A DNA stretch of 62,641 nt, the filler included. It is 7 parts of 7 records of this genome, joined end to end, with 100 filler letters (N's around TTAATTAATTAA, not from the genome) between each part and the next. Parts side by side here need not be neighbours in the genome. Positions count along the whole stretch, not along the records: positions 7,731 to 19,825 come from SRR31156797_4434; 6 more parts are not named here. The stretch is one strand, 5' to 3'. Below the pieces are notes generated by a model. That model searched no databases. It was given only the letters and a program-made list of their open reading frames with translations, and was not told the DNA's origin. Below, in pieces: positions 7,761 to 18,046 of this stretch (position 1 is the stretch's first letter; each line of letters opens with the position of its first letter). The position numbers were made by a program, and so were the translations under genes.

Positions 7761-9784
7761 TATTTTACCAACAACATTTTCTGTGTTCCCATTAGCTTTC
7801 CATCGACCTGCAGAACCGCGATATAAACACCGCTTGAGATGAAAGTACAATTCCAATTATGGGTGTATGATCCGGGAGCATGTATTGCTTTGATCAAGTT
7901 TTGGACAAGACGCCCATTAATATCGTAAATCGCAAGACGCACGTCGGAAGTCCGCGTAATATCATAGTTGAGCGTTGTGCTTGCGTTAAAGGGATTGGGG
8001 TAGTTAGGATGTAGCATGAAATCATCCGGTACAGATTCGATGGCAGGCGTCAGAGGTGCCTCTTTTTCTGCGATCTCCAGTGCATCCATATAAACAACTC
8101 TGCTTGCAGATTGGTTTGGAGCATAGAACATCAAAGCGTCCAAGGTGACGTAGCTGGCATCGATCCGGCCGTTACCATTATAATAACTGGACCAGGTGTC
8201 TGCAGAATCAAAAGCGACGGCATAGGTATGCCAAAGGCCGTCCCCAATAATAGAAACCCTGTCACTTATCTCTAGCTGACTATCCCAGTCATCCACCATG
8301 ACCGAGATCTCCATTCCTTCCTGAAAGGTTTTTAGGGCGAAGCGTAATTCTTTATCCGTGGATAAGAGAACGTTTTTAGCTGTTTCTCCATTACCGGAAA
8401 GCAAGCGGATCCGCCAGTCGTCCGTAGAGCCGGCATCATCAACCAGTGATAATTTTAGCGAATGTTCATCAACATAGGCGGCTTCCGAACTTGTATCGGA
8501 TGAAGATAAAAGAGATATTCCGTCCGTCGATCCGCTGTAAGTCGGTTGTCTGTAAAAATGGCCCATGCCATCTTCAAAGTTATCTATCATCAAGCAGCTG
8601 TCGGCGGGCAAAAAGTTATCACGCAGAACATCCCAAAGCTCTTGATGCTCATCATCATAACCCAATGCCCACATACCGGTTCCCATCAAGCCATATGTGA
8701 AAACAAGTTTCTCCTTCGCATCCAGTGCTTGGGCATCGTTACACCATGCCTGATACCAATCACTGCCGCTTTGATAATAAGTCCATGGATCTTCATAACG
8801 CGTAGACCACTGTCTGCCGTGAGAAGAAAAAAGATCTTTGGCGCTTGCATAAAAGATCGAAGAACCCCGGGCAAGAGTACTGGCATTTTCCTGCGCTCTT
8901 TGTTCGTAAGATACAGTCCATTTTTGACCATAATAGGGCAATCCCAGAATGAGTTTCGATTTATCACAACTACCGTAACCATTGCTGCTGTTTGCAAGAG
9001 TTTGCTCAAGATTATAAGTTGAACCTGTAATTGGCGCACAAGGTCCCGTCGTAGATGAACCAACATACCAATAGGCATATCCCATGATAAAGACATAGTC
9101 GCAAGCATCAACGAGCCCGGGTAGGTCCCAGCCGCTCCAGTTGACCGCCGGTCCGGCAAAGGAAACCTCTTGTTCTGTCCCCACATTGGTTTTGATATAA
9201 TTTGTTAAATTTTGCATAAAAGTATTCATTGGAGCACCGCGATCGGAGGTCTTGGGTCCTTCAAAATCTATATTGACACCATCAAGATTGTAGGTAGTTA
9301 TGATGCTGGCGATATTTTGATAGAAATTATTAGAAGCGGTGGTGCTGTTGATCAAAGCATTAATATCATCATCGTTGAACTCAACCACGCACATAATAAG
9401 TTTTACACCGTTGGCGTGTGCCGTATTCATCATGCTGGTCCAATCGCTTGGCCATCCCGCAGGATAACCTGATATGTCACCGTTCGTACTGACAGTGAAA
9501 TCAAAAAGTGCAATATGAGATAAAATAGAATAATCAAAATAGGGTGGAGCGGAAGTATGTTCCCAATCCGGCAAATAACCGAAAATAGCATGAGTCGGTC
9601 CGGGATTACTTGCATCTCGTGGTGTGATGGGGTTTACGCTTGGAACTGCGTTTTTATAAAATAGTGTCTGTTCAGTATCATTTAAATGCTCTTCCCATTC
9701 GATCTGGTGGATGCCTTTATGTTCTTGTGCGAAAGCAAAGACAGTCAATAATGACAGCAAGAAGATCAATAGCGTTTTTTTCAT
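7760..9784 (-). CDS. Secreted GH18 glycoside hydrolase (chitobiase/SleL-like) with a CBM-like domain and a C-terminal secretion (T9SS-A/FlgD-Ig-like) domain
   Basis: Signal peptide; LDGVNIDFE catalytic motif; KLILGLPYYG; GMWALGYD; C-terminal NYPNPFN...KMLLVK. Confidence 0.88.
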   Translation of the reverse strand: MKKTLLIFLLSLLTVFAFAQEHKGIHQIEWEEHLNDTEQTLFYKNAVPSVNPITPRDASNPGPTHAIFGYLPDWEHTSAPPYFDYSILSHIALFDFTVSTNGDISGYPAGWPSDWTSMMNTAHANGVKLIMCVVEFNDDDINALINSTTASNNFYQNIASIITTYNLDGVNIDFEGPKTSDRGAPMNTFMQNLTNYIKTNVGTEQEVSFAGPAVNWSGWDLPGLVDACDYVFIMGYAYWYVGSSTTGPCAPITGSTYNLEQTLANSSNGYGSCDKSKLILGLPYYGQKWTVSYEQRAQENASTLARGSSIFYASAKDLFSSHGRQWSTRYEDPWTYYQSGSDWYQAWCNDAQALDAKEKLVFTYGLMGTGMWALGYDDEHQELWDVLRDNFLPADSCLMIDNFEDGMGHFYRQPTYSGSTDGISLLSSSDTSSEAAYVDEHSLKLSLVDDAGSTDDWRIRLLSGNGETAKNVLLSTDKELRFALKTFQEGMEISVMVDDWDSQLEISDRVSIIGDGLWHTYAVAFDSADTWSSYYNGNGRIDASYVTLDALMFYAPNQSASRVVYMDALEIAEKEAPLTPAIESVPDDFMLHPNYPNPFNASTTLNYDITRTSDVRLAIYDINGRLVQNLIKAIHAPGSYTHNWNCTFISSGVYIAVLQVDGKLMGTQKMLLVK

Positions 9785-9874
9785 GTGATTTCCATAATTA
9801 AAGATTAAAGAGTTAATACACCATACCTTTGTAATTTTTTTGATAATGATTTAGTTCCGCTTACAGATTTCATA

Positions 9875-11899
9875 TTACTTCACCAGCAGTAGTTTTTGTG
9901 AAGCTACAATACTTTCATTAACATGAAAAACAGCAATATATAATCCGCTGGATAAGTGTTGTCCATCCCAGGCATGGTGATGTTCGCCTAATTGCTGAAA
10001 TTTGTTGTAGAATATGGTCTCAACATGTTGACCCAAGATGTTGTATAATGAAATTTGCACTTCTGAAACCGTATTTAATGAATAATGAAAACTTGTTGAT
10101 GTATTAAAGGGATTAGGATGATTTGAGAACAATCGAAATCTTGGTATTGTATCATTATCTGTAACGGAGCTGTTAAAATTATTTAACAATCTTACGGCAT
10201 CCAGATATATTGTTCGTTCTGGAGGTTGTTCGTCCGAGTAAAACATAAATGCATCAAGAGTTATCAGATTTGCATCAATTTGACCATTACCATTATTGTA
10301 ACTGCTCCACATAGAAGAGGAATCAAGACGGACGCCATAACTATGCCATTGATTGTCCCCTATAACAGATATTCTTTCAGAAATTTCCAATTGATCGTTT
10401 TCATCATTGATCATAACAGCAACATCAACACCATCTTGACCTGTTTTTAAAGAAAAACACAAATACTTGTTTTTATCTATGTATAAATTATTTGAAGAGG
10501 ATCCGCTTCCTGATAATAATCTTACTTTCCAATCATCGTAACTCATACCATTGTCACTTAATATAATTTTCAGGGAATGTTCGTTTGAAAAAGAAGTGGT
10601 TGATGTTGTATCTATTCGAGAACCGATATCAATCCCTGCTGTGGAGCTGCTATAATTTGGATCACGATAGAAATAAGCTCGGTCGTCCTCAAAATCCTCA
10701 ATCATGATAGAATCGCTAAACGATAAGAAATTATTATTTAATAATTTCCACAATTCCATATGCTCTTCATCATAACCAAGGGCCCACATGCCCATGCCCT
10801 TAAGCTTATGCGTAAGGATCAACTTTTCCTTTGCATCCAATGCTTCGGCATCGTTACACCAGACCTGGTAGCATTTATCACCAAAGGCATAATAAGTCCA
10901 ACTGTCATTATACTTAGTAGACCAGTATCTATAGTGTTTATAATAATCAATGGCTGCAGCATAAATAATGGAAGATCCCGTTGCCAGGGTTGTTGCATTC
11001 TCTGTTGATATTTGGTTGGAAGAAACTTGCCACTTATTTCCATAATAAGGAAGGCCAAGGATCAATTTTGATCTATCGCAACCACCATAACCATTGCTCT
11101 CGTTTATGATGGTTTGCTCAAGATTTCTGCTGTGGCCGGTAATAGGGGCGCAGGGACCGGTGAGGGAAGCACCGTTCCAGAAATAACCATAACCCATAAT
11201 GAAAACATAATCACAAGCATCTACCAATCCCGGTAGGTCCCAACCACTCCAGTTGACAGCAGGGCCGGCAAAGGAGATCTCTTGTTCCGGACCGACATTT
11301 GTTTTAATATAATCTGTGAGACCTTGCATAAAATTATTCATCGGCGCACCACGATCAGCGGTTTGGGGGCCTTCGAAATCAATGTTCACACCGTCAAGAT
11401 TATAAGTGATTAGAATGTTTGCCACGTTTTGATAAAAATTATTCGAAGCCGTTGTACTGTTAATAAGCGCATGAATATCATCATCATGAAATTCTGCAAC
11501 ACACATGATCAGTTTTACCCCCTTTGCATGAGCAGTATTCATCATGGTTAGCCAATTGTTTGGCCATCCATTGGGGTATTGAGTGATATTACCTTGGGGG
11601 TTAACAAGAAAATCGAACATGGCGATATGGGAGAGAACTGAATAATTAAAATACTGCGGTGCCGTTGAATATTCCCAGTCAGGCAGATACCCGAATACTG
11701 CGTGAGTCAGTAAAGGCTGTTGGTTGGGGTCTTTTTCTTGCAAGGAATCCACGGTAACAGGAGTAATCTTGGAGATATCAACCGGATCTGAATCGTTCAA
11801 ATGAGCTTCCCACTCGATCTGGTGAATGCTCTTATGTTCTTGTGTAAAAGCAAAGACAGTCAATAAAGACAGAAAGAAGATCAATATCGTTTTTTTCAT
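9875..11899 (-). CDS. Secreted GH18 glycoside hydrolase, tandem paralog of 7760-9784
   Basis: Same length (674 aa) and architecture; LDGVNIDFE; NHPNPFN C-terminal domain. Confidence 0.88.
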   Translation of the reverse strand: MKKTILIFFLSLLTVFAFTQEHKSIHQIEWEAHLNDSDPVDISKITPVTVDSLQEKDPNQQPLLTHAVFGYLPDWEYSTAPQYFNYSVLSHIAMFDFLVNPQGNITQYPNGWPNNWLTMMNTAHAKGVKLIMCVAEFHDDDIHALINSTTASNNFYQNVANILITYNLDGVNIDFEGPQTADRGAPMNNFMQGLTDYIKTNVGPEQEISFAGPAVNWSGWDLPGLVDACDYVFIMGYGYFWNGASLTGPCAPITGHSRNLEQTIINESNGYGGCDRSKLILGLPYYGNKWQVSSNQISTENATTLATGSSIIYAAAIDYYKHYRYWSTKYNDSWTYYAFGDKCYQVWCNDAEALDAKEKLILTHKLKGMGMWALGYDEEHMELWKLLNNNFLSFSDSIMIEDFEDDRAYFYRDPNYSSSTAGIDIGSRIDTTSTTSFSNEHSLKIILSDNGMSYDDWKVRLLSGSGSSSNNLYIDKNKYLCFSLKTGQDGVDVAVMINDENDQLEISERISVIGDNQWHSYGVRLDSSSMWSSYNNGNGQIDANLITLDAFMFYSDEQPPERTIYLDAVRLLNNFNSSVTDNDTIPRFRLFSNHPNPFNTSTSFHYSLNTVSEVQISLYNILGQHVETIFYNKFQQLGEHHHAWDGQHLSSGLYIAVFHVNESIVASQKLLLVK

Positions 11900-11912
11900 G
11901 TGAGTTTCATAA

Positions 11913-13586
11913 TTAGTCGTTAATTAGCCAATATATAGCGTACATAGCTCTGTATTTTTTGTGATAATGATTTAGTTCCGCAAGAGGATCGCTTGCATAG
12001 CTCTCGCCAAGCTCGTTAAAGAGCCGGATTGTTTCAATGTTGCTTTCCAATTCAAAAAGATCAATAACAGCATCAGGATGATCAAGCTGATAGATCAGGA
12101 TTGCTTCCTGGTAATGTCTTGGTAATTGTGTGTGATCAAGATCACGCAATACCTTAATATGATCAACAAGAAAATCCATCTGTTTTTCAAGAAGATGATA
12201 TGCGCAGAGATAATTGAAGGTCAGATCACTCGGGTATGTTTGGAAAACATGATAAATATCATTGAGCGCTTCGTTTGAAAATGGTTTTTCGCTTGTAAGT
12301 ATAGCGCTTACGATACTGTTTTCTTGTGTTTGTTTTTTTGCCCATTTTCGATAAAAAAGTGTATGTCTTAGTTTTTCAAGATACGCTTCAGCCTGTTCAG
12401 GTTGACCATTTTTTAGTAAACTCCTGATTAGTAATTTGGTATTGGTCGGAGTAAGTCCGCTTGTCAGGAACTCGTTATTTGCAATATTGGCGGCTTTAGA
12501 ATAATATCCGATATCAAAATATAATTGTCCCATAAACCAGGATTCACGAAGATCTCTCGTGGTATCACTGCTATTGTAAACATGTAGCAGCCCGTCATTT
12601 CCAAAAGATTGCGGGAAAGAGAACATCTCATCCAGAGTCCGGTTTTCCTGTGCAAGGGCGCAATTCAAATACATAGTTTGAATGCTGTTATCAAGTCCGT
12701 GTTTATTAGCTTTCTTTATGACTTGTTCAAATCGATCTTTATTGATCAAGGAACGCCAGCGTTCACTCTGGCGATCCGGGTTCTTCAGGTTACTCACAGA
12801 AAGCACAATAAATAGGATCAAAGAGCTCATCACCAAAACATAGTTCAGTCCGTGATTATCTTTTCTGGGCAAACGAGGATAAAGTAGGGTAGCGATGCCT
12901 ATAACAAATATCGCAATGCCCCAAAAAGAATCAAAGGGCAAGGTATCGAACAGCATACTTTTAATCGGCATAGGCCAAATAAGACGCTGCACGATCAAAC
13001 CCAGAATAGCGGCATAGCCGATAAAGAAATGCAATATTGCCGAAAACTTTCTATCACCAAAAGCATCACGAAAAACGATCATAACAACATATAGCCAGGC
13101 CCATGATCCGGCAGCCCAGATCAGCAGAGGCAAAGTGATAAAACGTTGCAACCAAAGGTGACTTGTTTTTTTAGGAGTGGATTCCTGATCATCAATAGCG
13201 CTTAATATCATTGAGAATGCAATGATATGGACCAATGCATTGGATGTTTGAGTGAATAATGCCAAGGCTAGTATCCAAAGCAGGAATACGGGAGTTGCAT
13301 TAGTCCTATTGATTGAAGAGGCGCGAAAAATAAAGGAACTGATAATGATGCTTAGGACCAAAGCACCCAACCAGGGTGTTATAAAAAATTGCGTAATGAA
13401 TTGAGAAAACAGATCCGCGATACCTCCGTAGGCAAGGAAATGCTCGAGTAAGTAGTCTTTAGTATAAATGAGAAGCGGTTCACGGTCGAATAGAAAAGTT
13501 ATGCTATGGCTGGCGAAAATGCGGATCCATAGAAAGGAAATAATAAAAACAAAGAAAACCAGCGGAGATGACCTGTCTTTTGTCAT
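11913..13586 (-). CDS. DUF6057-like multi-pass membrane protein
   Basis: N-terminal DYLLEHFLAYGGIADLFSQFITQFF; many TMs; C-terminal YLCAYHLLEK and LPRHYQEAILIY, recalled from DUF6057. Confidence 0.65.
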   Translation of the reverse strand: MTKDRSSPLVFFVFIISFLWIRIFASHSITFLFDREPLLIYTKDYLLEHFLAYGGIADLFSQFITQFFITPWLGALVLSIIISSFIFRASSINRTNATPVFLLWILALALFTQTSNALVHIIAFSMILSAIDDQESTPKKTSHLWLQRFITLPLLIWAAGSWAWLYVVMIVFRDAFGDRKFSAILHFFIGYAAILGLIVQRLIWPMPIKSMLFDTLPFDSFWGIAIFVIGIATLLYPRLPRKDNHGLNYVLVMSSLILFIVLSVSNLKNPDRQSERWRSLINKDRFEQVIKKANKHGLDNSIQTMYLNCALAQENRTLDEMFSFPQSFGNDGLLHVYNSSDTTRDLRESWFMGQLYFDIGYYSKAANIANNEFLTSGLTPTNTKLLIRSLLKNGQPEQAEAYLEKLRHTLFYRKWAKKQTQENSIVSAILTSEKPFSNEALNDIYHVFQTYPSDLTFNYLCAYHLLEKQMDFLVDHIKVLRDLDHTQLPRHYQEAILIYQLDHPDAVIDLFELESNIETIRLFNELGESYASDPLAELNHYHKKYRAMYAIYWLIND

Positions 13587-15385
13587 AGCTCTATCTCCTT
13601 GAAAATATCCATGGTGTACTGGTTATCAAGTTGTTTTCTGGCCTGCATATTTTCCATCTGCTTTTTCATGATCTCAGGGATATCTTCAGCGGCTGATGAT
13701 CTGAGTTTTTCTGTCAATTCATTGTACTCGTCTTTCAGCATTTGCATTTCTATCTGTTTCAGGCTTTCCACAAAGATCTGTTCCTGGTTTTTCAGGTTCT
13801 GTTCTTCCATGATAAGCTTGATCGTAAAATTTCTGATCTTTGTATCTGATATTTTATCCGGAATATCACCAGCTGCTATGGATACATTCTTTTCGAGTGT
13901 TTTAAGGATGGTTTCCAGTACCTGTTTCAGGAAGGGGTGTCTGAACAGGACGGGGGATAAGTAACGGAGCCCGGCTTTTCTGATAGTCAGCTCTCCATTT
14001 ACAAGCAATTGCAGTAGGAAGTATTCAGCAGCCTCTCCCTGGTTCTTGAACTGCTTTGGCTTTTCACCCATAAAAACATTTTTCTCAGCCCGTGATGCCC
14101 GTTGGCTTTGACGGTTAAGCTGGCGAAGCAGTGTTTGCTCATCTACCAGGAACATCTTTGCGATCTCGCGGGCGAACATTTCGCGGTAAACCGGATCGGA
14201 GAAAGACCTGATATTTTCCATCAGCTGAGTGATGGTATCCGATTTGATCTTTGCCGACATTTGAGCCGGTTGATAATATTGGCGCAAGAATTCAAGAAAT
14301 GACAATGCGGCAGCTTCTTTTTTAAAGAAACCTTCAGCGCCTTCCTTACGAATATAAGAATCAGGGTCCTCACCATCCGGAAGAACCAGTACCCGGCATT
14401 CCAGTTTCTGTGAAGAAACACTAAAGCCTGTTCTAACAGCTGCTTTCTGTCCTGCTGTGTCACTGTCATAACATAGGATGGCTTCGTCGGCAAAACGCCT
14501 TAATAGCCTTGCATGCTCGTCCGTAAAGGCCGTTCCGGAGCCCGCTACGACGTTAATATAGCCATGTTGGTATAGTTGGAGGAAATCCATGTAACCTTCG
14601 ACTACAATGGCTTTCTTTTCTTTGCGAATATTGTCGCGCGTAATATTAAGTCCGTAAAGGATCTTCCGTTTATTGTAGATCGGTGTTTCCGGAGAATTTA
14701 AGTATTTGGCATCCTTCTTATCATCTTTCATCTGGCGTCCGCCGAAACCGACGGCATTGCCGCGATCGTCATGAACCGGGAACATCACACGTCCCCTGAA
14801 TCGGTCAAATAGGCGATTGTCTTTCTCTGATTGGACGAACAGACCGCTTTTAATCATCAGGTCGGGGGAGTAGGCATTTGCCATTTTCCCAACCAGAAAA
14901 TCCCAGGAATCCGGAGAATATCCCAGTTTGAAGGTTTTGATCGTTTCTTCCGTAAGTCCGCGGGAAAGCAAATACTCCAAAGCGGCCTTGCCGGAAGGTT
15001 TGAATAACTCCTGATGGAAAAGATCCATAGCTTGAACATGCATGTCGCGAAGTTTGCCGGTATCACTCAGCTCTTGAGGAGAGACCTCTTCGAATTCCAA
15101 TGGAATATTGGCACGTTCGGCAAGCTGTTTGATCGCTTCGACAAAACTTAATTTTTCATATTCCATAACGAAATTTAAAACGTTACCACCGACACCACAG
15201 CCAAAGCAATGGTATATCTGCTTAGAGGGACTGACGGAAAAAGATGCGGTTTTTTCATCATGAAAAGGGCAACGGGCCCAATAATTCGCGCCTTTTTTCT
15301 TTAAGGGAAGATATGAAGCAACGACATCCACGATATCGTTGGAATCTTTGACCTTTTCAATAGTGAATTCAGGAATTTTAGCCAT
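13583..15385 (-). CDS. dnaG: DNA primase
   Basis: CPFH...CFGC zinc finger; FRGRVMFP; KYLNSPET; VEGYMD and YDSD TOPRIM motifs. Confidence 0.97.
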   Translation of the reverse strand: MAKIPEFTIEKVKDSNDIVDVVASYLPLKKKGANYWARCPFHDEKTASFSVSPSKQIYHCFGCGVGGNVLNFVMEYEKLSFVEAIKQLAERANIPLEFEEVSPQELSDTGKLRDMHVQAMDLFHQELFKPSGKAALEYLLSRGLTEETIKTFKLGYSPDSWDFLVGKMANAYSPDLMIKSGLFVQSEKDNRLFDRFRGRVMFPVHDDRGNAVGFGGRQMKDDKKDAKYLNSPETPIYNKRKILYGLNITRDNIRKEKKAIVVEGYMDFLQLYQHGYINVVAGSGTAFTDEHARLLRRFADEAILCYDSDTAGQKAAVRTGFSVSSQKLECRVLVLPDGEDPDSYIRKEGAEGFFKKEAAALSFLEFLRQYYQPAQMSAKIKSDTITQLMENIRSFSDPVYREMFAREIAKMFLVDEQTLLRQLNRQSQRASRAEKNVFMGEKPKQFKNQGEAAEYFLLQLLVNGELTIRKAGLRYLSPVLFRHPFLKQVLETILKTLEKNVSIAAGDIPDKISDTKIRNFTIKLIMEEQNLKNQEQIFVESLKQIEMQMLKDEYNELTEKLRSSAAEDIPEIMKKQMENMQARKQLDNQYTMDIFKEIEL

Positions 15386-15443
15386 TTTGCAATTTAAGTT
15401 ATAGGGTATTAAATAGAAAGCCTTAAGTGTGACAATGAAAATT

Positions 15444-15471
15444 GTAGGGGCGTATTGCTATACGCCCTTAC
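15444..15471 (+). repeat. GTAG-type REP-like palindrome (may double as a terminator)
   Basis: GTAGGGGCGTATTGCTATACGCCCTTAC: GTAG followed by a GC-rich imperfect palindrome. Confidence 0.55.
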
Positions 15472-15479
15472 TATCAAAA

Positions 15480-16436
15480 TTAAACTATACGATTCTCTCC
15501 CACTTCACCCCTCAAGATCCTCAAACAATTCTCAACAGCCATGATGGCCAATCGATTTCGTACCGGAACGGTTGCAGAACCCGTATGGGGCGTTAATACA
15601 ATATTGTCCAGTTTTTCAAGACCGGGTGTTAAGGCCGGTTCGTTCTCATAAACATCCAGGGCTGCACCGGCGATACGTTTTTCTTTTAGCACCTTGATCA
15701 GTTCTTTCTCATCCACAACCGGACCGCGAGCGGTATTGATCAGATAAGCCGTCGCTTTCATCATTTCGAATTCCCGCTTGCTGATCATGTGGTGGTTTTC
15801 GGGACGCAAGGGAACGTGCAGTGAGATGAAATCAGATTCACGGATCAAGGTATCCTGATCAACATTTTCGGCATTCAGTTCTTTATCCAGAATGGGATTC
15901 GGTTTACCGCTGTATAATACCCGCATATTGAAACCTTTGGACATCAGGGCAAAAGCTGTTCCGATACGGCCCGTGCCGATCACACCTAAGGTTTGACCGC
16001 TGATATCACCGCCCAACATCAGCATGGGCATCCAACCGGTAAAATTTCCTTCTCGCATAAAAATATCTGATTCCGGAACACGGCGCGCAATAGCAAAGAG
16101 CAGGGCCCAGGCAAGTTCCGCTGTACTTTGAGTAAGAATGCCGGGTGTATTGCAAACAGCGATGCCTTTGCTCTTTGCATAATTGAAATCTATATTGTTG
16201 TACCCGACAGCCATATTGGAAATGACTTCTAGATTTGGTGCCGCATCGATCAAGTCCTTGTCTATCTTGTCATCCAACAAGCAGATCAAACCCTGAACAT
16301 CTTTGACGCGCTCCCGGAGATTCCGGGGTGATAAGGGTTCTTCCTTGTAAAGAATATCCACATCAAATTCAGAACTTTTTAAAAGTTCCATCCCCGGCTT
16401 GGGAATTATACGGGATAAGAAAACTTTCTTTGCCAT
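15480..16436 (-). CDS. D-isomer-specific 2-hydroxyacid dehydrogenase (glyoxylate reductase/D-glycerate dehydrogenase)
   Basis: AVGYNNID, GTGRIG, INTARG, LDVYENEP and TPHTGSA motifs. Confidence 0.92.
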   Translation of the reverse strand: MAKKVFLSRIIPKPGMELLKSSEFDVDILYKEEPLSPRNLRERVKDVQGLICLLDDKIDKDLIDAAPNLEVISNMAVGYNNIDFNYAKSKGIAVCNTPGILTQSTAELAWALLFAIARRVPESDIFMREGNFTGWMPMLMLGGDISGQTLGVIGTGRIGTAFALMSKGFNMRVLYSGKPNPILDKELNAENVDQDTLIRESDFISLHVPLRPENHHMISKREFEMMKATAYLINTARGPVVDEKELIKVLKEKRIAGAALDVYENEPALTPGLEKLDNIVLTPHTGSATVPVRNRLAIMAVENCLRILRGEVGENRIV

Positions 16437-16516
16437 AAAACGATCCTTTAGAAAAGAATAAAAACTAAAATATAAGGATTAATGCAGTATTTATTTTCGA
16501 TTCAACGCTTCAACAT

Positions 16517-17017
16517 CTATAATTCTACTTTTTCTTTGATACTGTTGATCATCAGATCTACATCGTCGCCAATAAGACCTTTTAGAAAAAGATTGGTCCA
16601 GCGTGCACCCACATTGCTACCGGCGAAGACCTTGAAGTTGACTGTCAGTTCCAGTGGATTGCCGGGTTTCATGGACCACACGGTTTCGGCCATTTCGTTT
16701 CCTCTGATCGTAATATGATCACGAACGGACATATCGACACCTATGGTAAAACGGACTTCACCTTCACCGGTGTCGTCTCCTTTCCAGGTATACCCGTCTT
16801 CCAGATCTGTATAAACAACGGATGTATCTTCGAAATTCCAGACAGGCCATTCATGATTTTTGTATAGCTCAAAGATCTCATATTCAACGTCCATAGCTGA
16901 AGCATTGATCTCATAGGTTTTCTCGAATTCACCTGCTTTTGGCAGGAATAATCCTACGATAAAAAACAACATGATACATGCAAGAAATACGATACTGAGT
17001 ATTTTAAAGAATTTCAT
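16517..17017 (-). CDS. N-terminally anchored hypothetical protein (SRPBCC/START-like)
   Basis: N-terminal TM, then LP...EKTYEINAS, W..W and YTWKG...GEG patterns typical of SRPBCC proteins. Confidence 0.5.
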   Translation of the reverse strand: MKFFKILSIVFLACIMLFFIVGLFLPKAGEFEKTYEINASAMDVEYEIFELYKNHEWPVWNFEDTSVVYTDLEDGYTWKGDDTGEGEVRFTIGVDMSVRDHITIRGNEMAETVWSMKPGNPLELTVNFKVFAGSNVGARWTNLFLKGLIGDDVDLMINSIKEKVEL

Positions 17018-17043
17018 TACTTACTCTCCTAAAACAAATATGA

Positions 17044-17916
17044 TTAAACTTTTTTCTTTTCAACTTTGTAATGATAAACGATCAAAGCGATTCCACCCGC
17101 AACCATAAAGAAACTTAAAAGCTGTCCCATGGTAACCCAACCGAATAAAAACCCCAACTGAGCATCGGGTTGACGGAAGAATTCACAGAAGGTACGAAAG
17201 ACCGCATAACCGATCAAAAGTGCACCGATCTTTACGGATCCTGCTGCGTTCTTCTTATGTAACAACAACATGATCAAGAACAATAAAAGTCCTTCGGTCA
17301 GGGCTTCATAGAGTTGAGACGGATGTCGTGCCTGAATATGACCGGCTTCGATATATTGACGAATAATTCGTAATGGAGTATCATAAGACAAGCCGGCTTC
17401 AGCAGGGAAATACATGGCCCATTTTACATCCGAAACGCGCCCCCAGAGCTCTCCGTTCAAGAAATTCCCTAAACGACCGAATAAGAGTCCTAGCGGTGCA
17501 ACGATCACAACATTACCGCCGATATCCAAAAAATCCTTTTTGTATTTACGTGTCCATATCCAGCCGCCAACAATACAGCCAAGAAGGCCCCCATGGAAAG
17601 ACATGCCCGAAAAGCCGACCAATTTGCCATCTTGAAAAGGCCAGATGATCTCAAAGGGGTATTCAATGTAGTGGCCCAAATTGTAAAATAGAACATAGCC
17701 TAAACGCGCGCCGATCAACAGGGCGATGATCAACCAGGAGAACAGGGAATCAAATTCGCTATTTGTCAGGTCCACTTTATTCAACTTGATCTGACGGCGC
17801 ATAAAGATCAGGAAAAAAACAAATCCCAAAACATACATTAAACCATAATAACGCAGCTGAAATGTGCCGATCTGGAATATATAGGGCGGTATCTGATGTA
17901 TTGCATGTTCGAGCAT
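17044..17916 (-). CDS. lgt: Prolipoprotein diacylglyceryl transferase
   Basis: YYGLMY, GARLGYV, GMSFHGG, GRLGNFLNGELWGR and HPSQLYE motifs. Confidence 0.97.
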   Translation of the reverse strand: MLEHAIHQIPPYIFQIGTFQLRYYGLMYVLGFVFFLIFMRRQIKLNKVDLTNSEFDSLFSWLIIALLIGARLGYVLFYNLGHYIEYPFEIIWPFQDGKLVGFSGMSFHGGLLGCIVGGWIWTRKYKKDFLDIGGNVVIVAPLGLLFGRLGNFLNGELWGRVSDVKWAMYFPAEAGLSYDTPLRIIRQYIEAGHIQARHPSQLYEALTEGLLLFLIMLLLHKKNAAGSVKIGALLIGYAVFRTFCEFFRQPDAQLGFLFGWVTMGQLLSFFMVAGGIALIVYHYKVEKKKV

Positions 17917-17973
17917 ATGTAATCCTTTAATGTTCGAGCAAATAATACAAAAAAATGATAAGAGATAAAAGGG

Positions 17974-18019
17974 AAGAAGTTAGAATTCATTAATGATCAT
18001 CAATGAATTCTAACTTCTT
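17974..18019 (-). terminator. Perfect 18-bp inverted repeat, probable terminator
   Basis: AAGAAGTTAGAATTCATT-N10-AATGAATTCTAACTTCTT, downstream of the LamG gene. Confidence 0.6.
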
Positions 18020-18046
18020 TCATACTATGTTTTCAGTGGAAAAATC

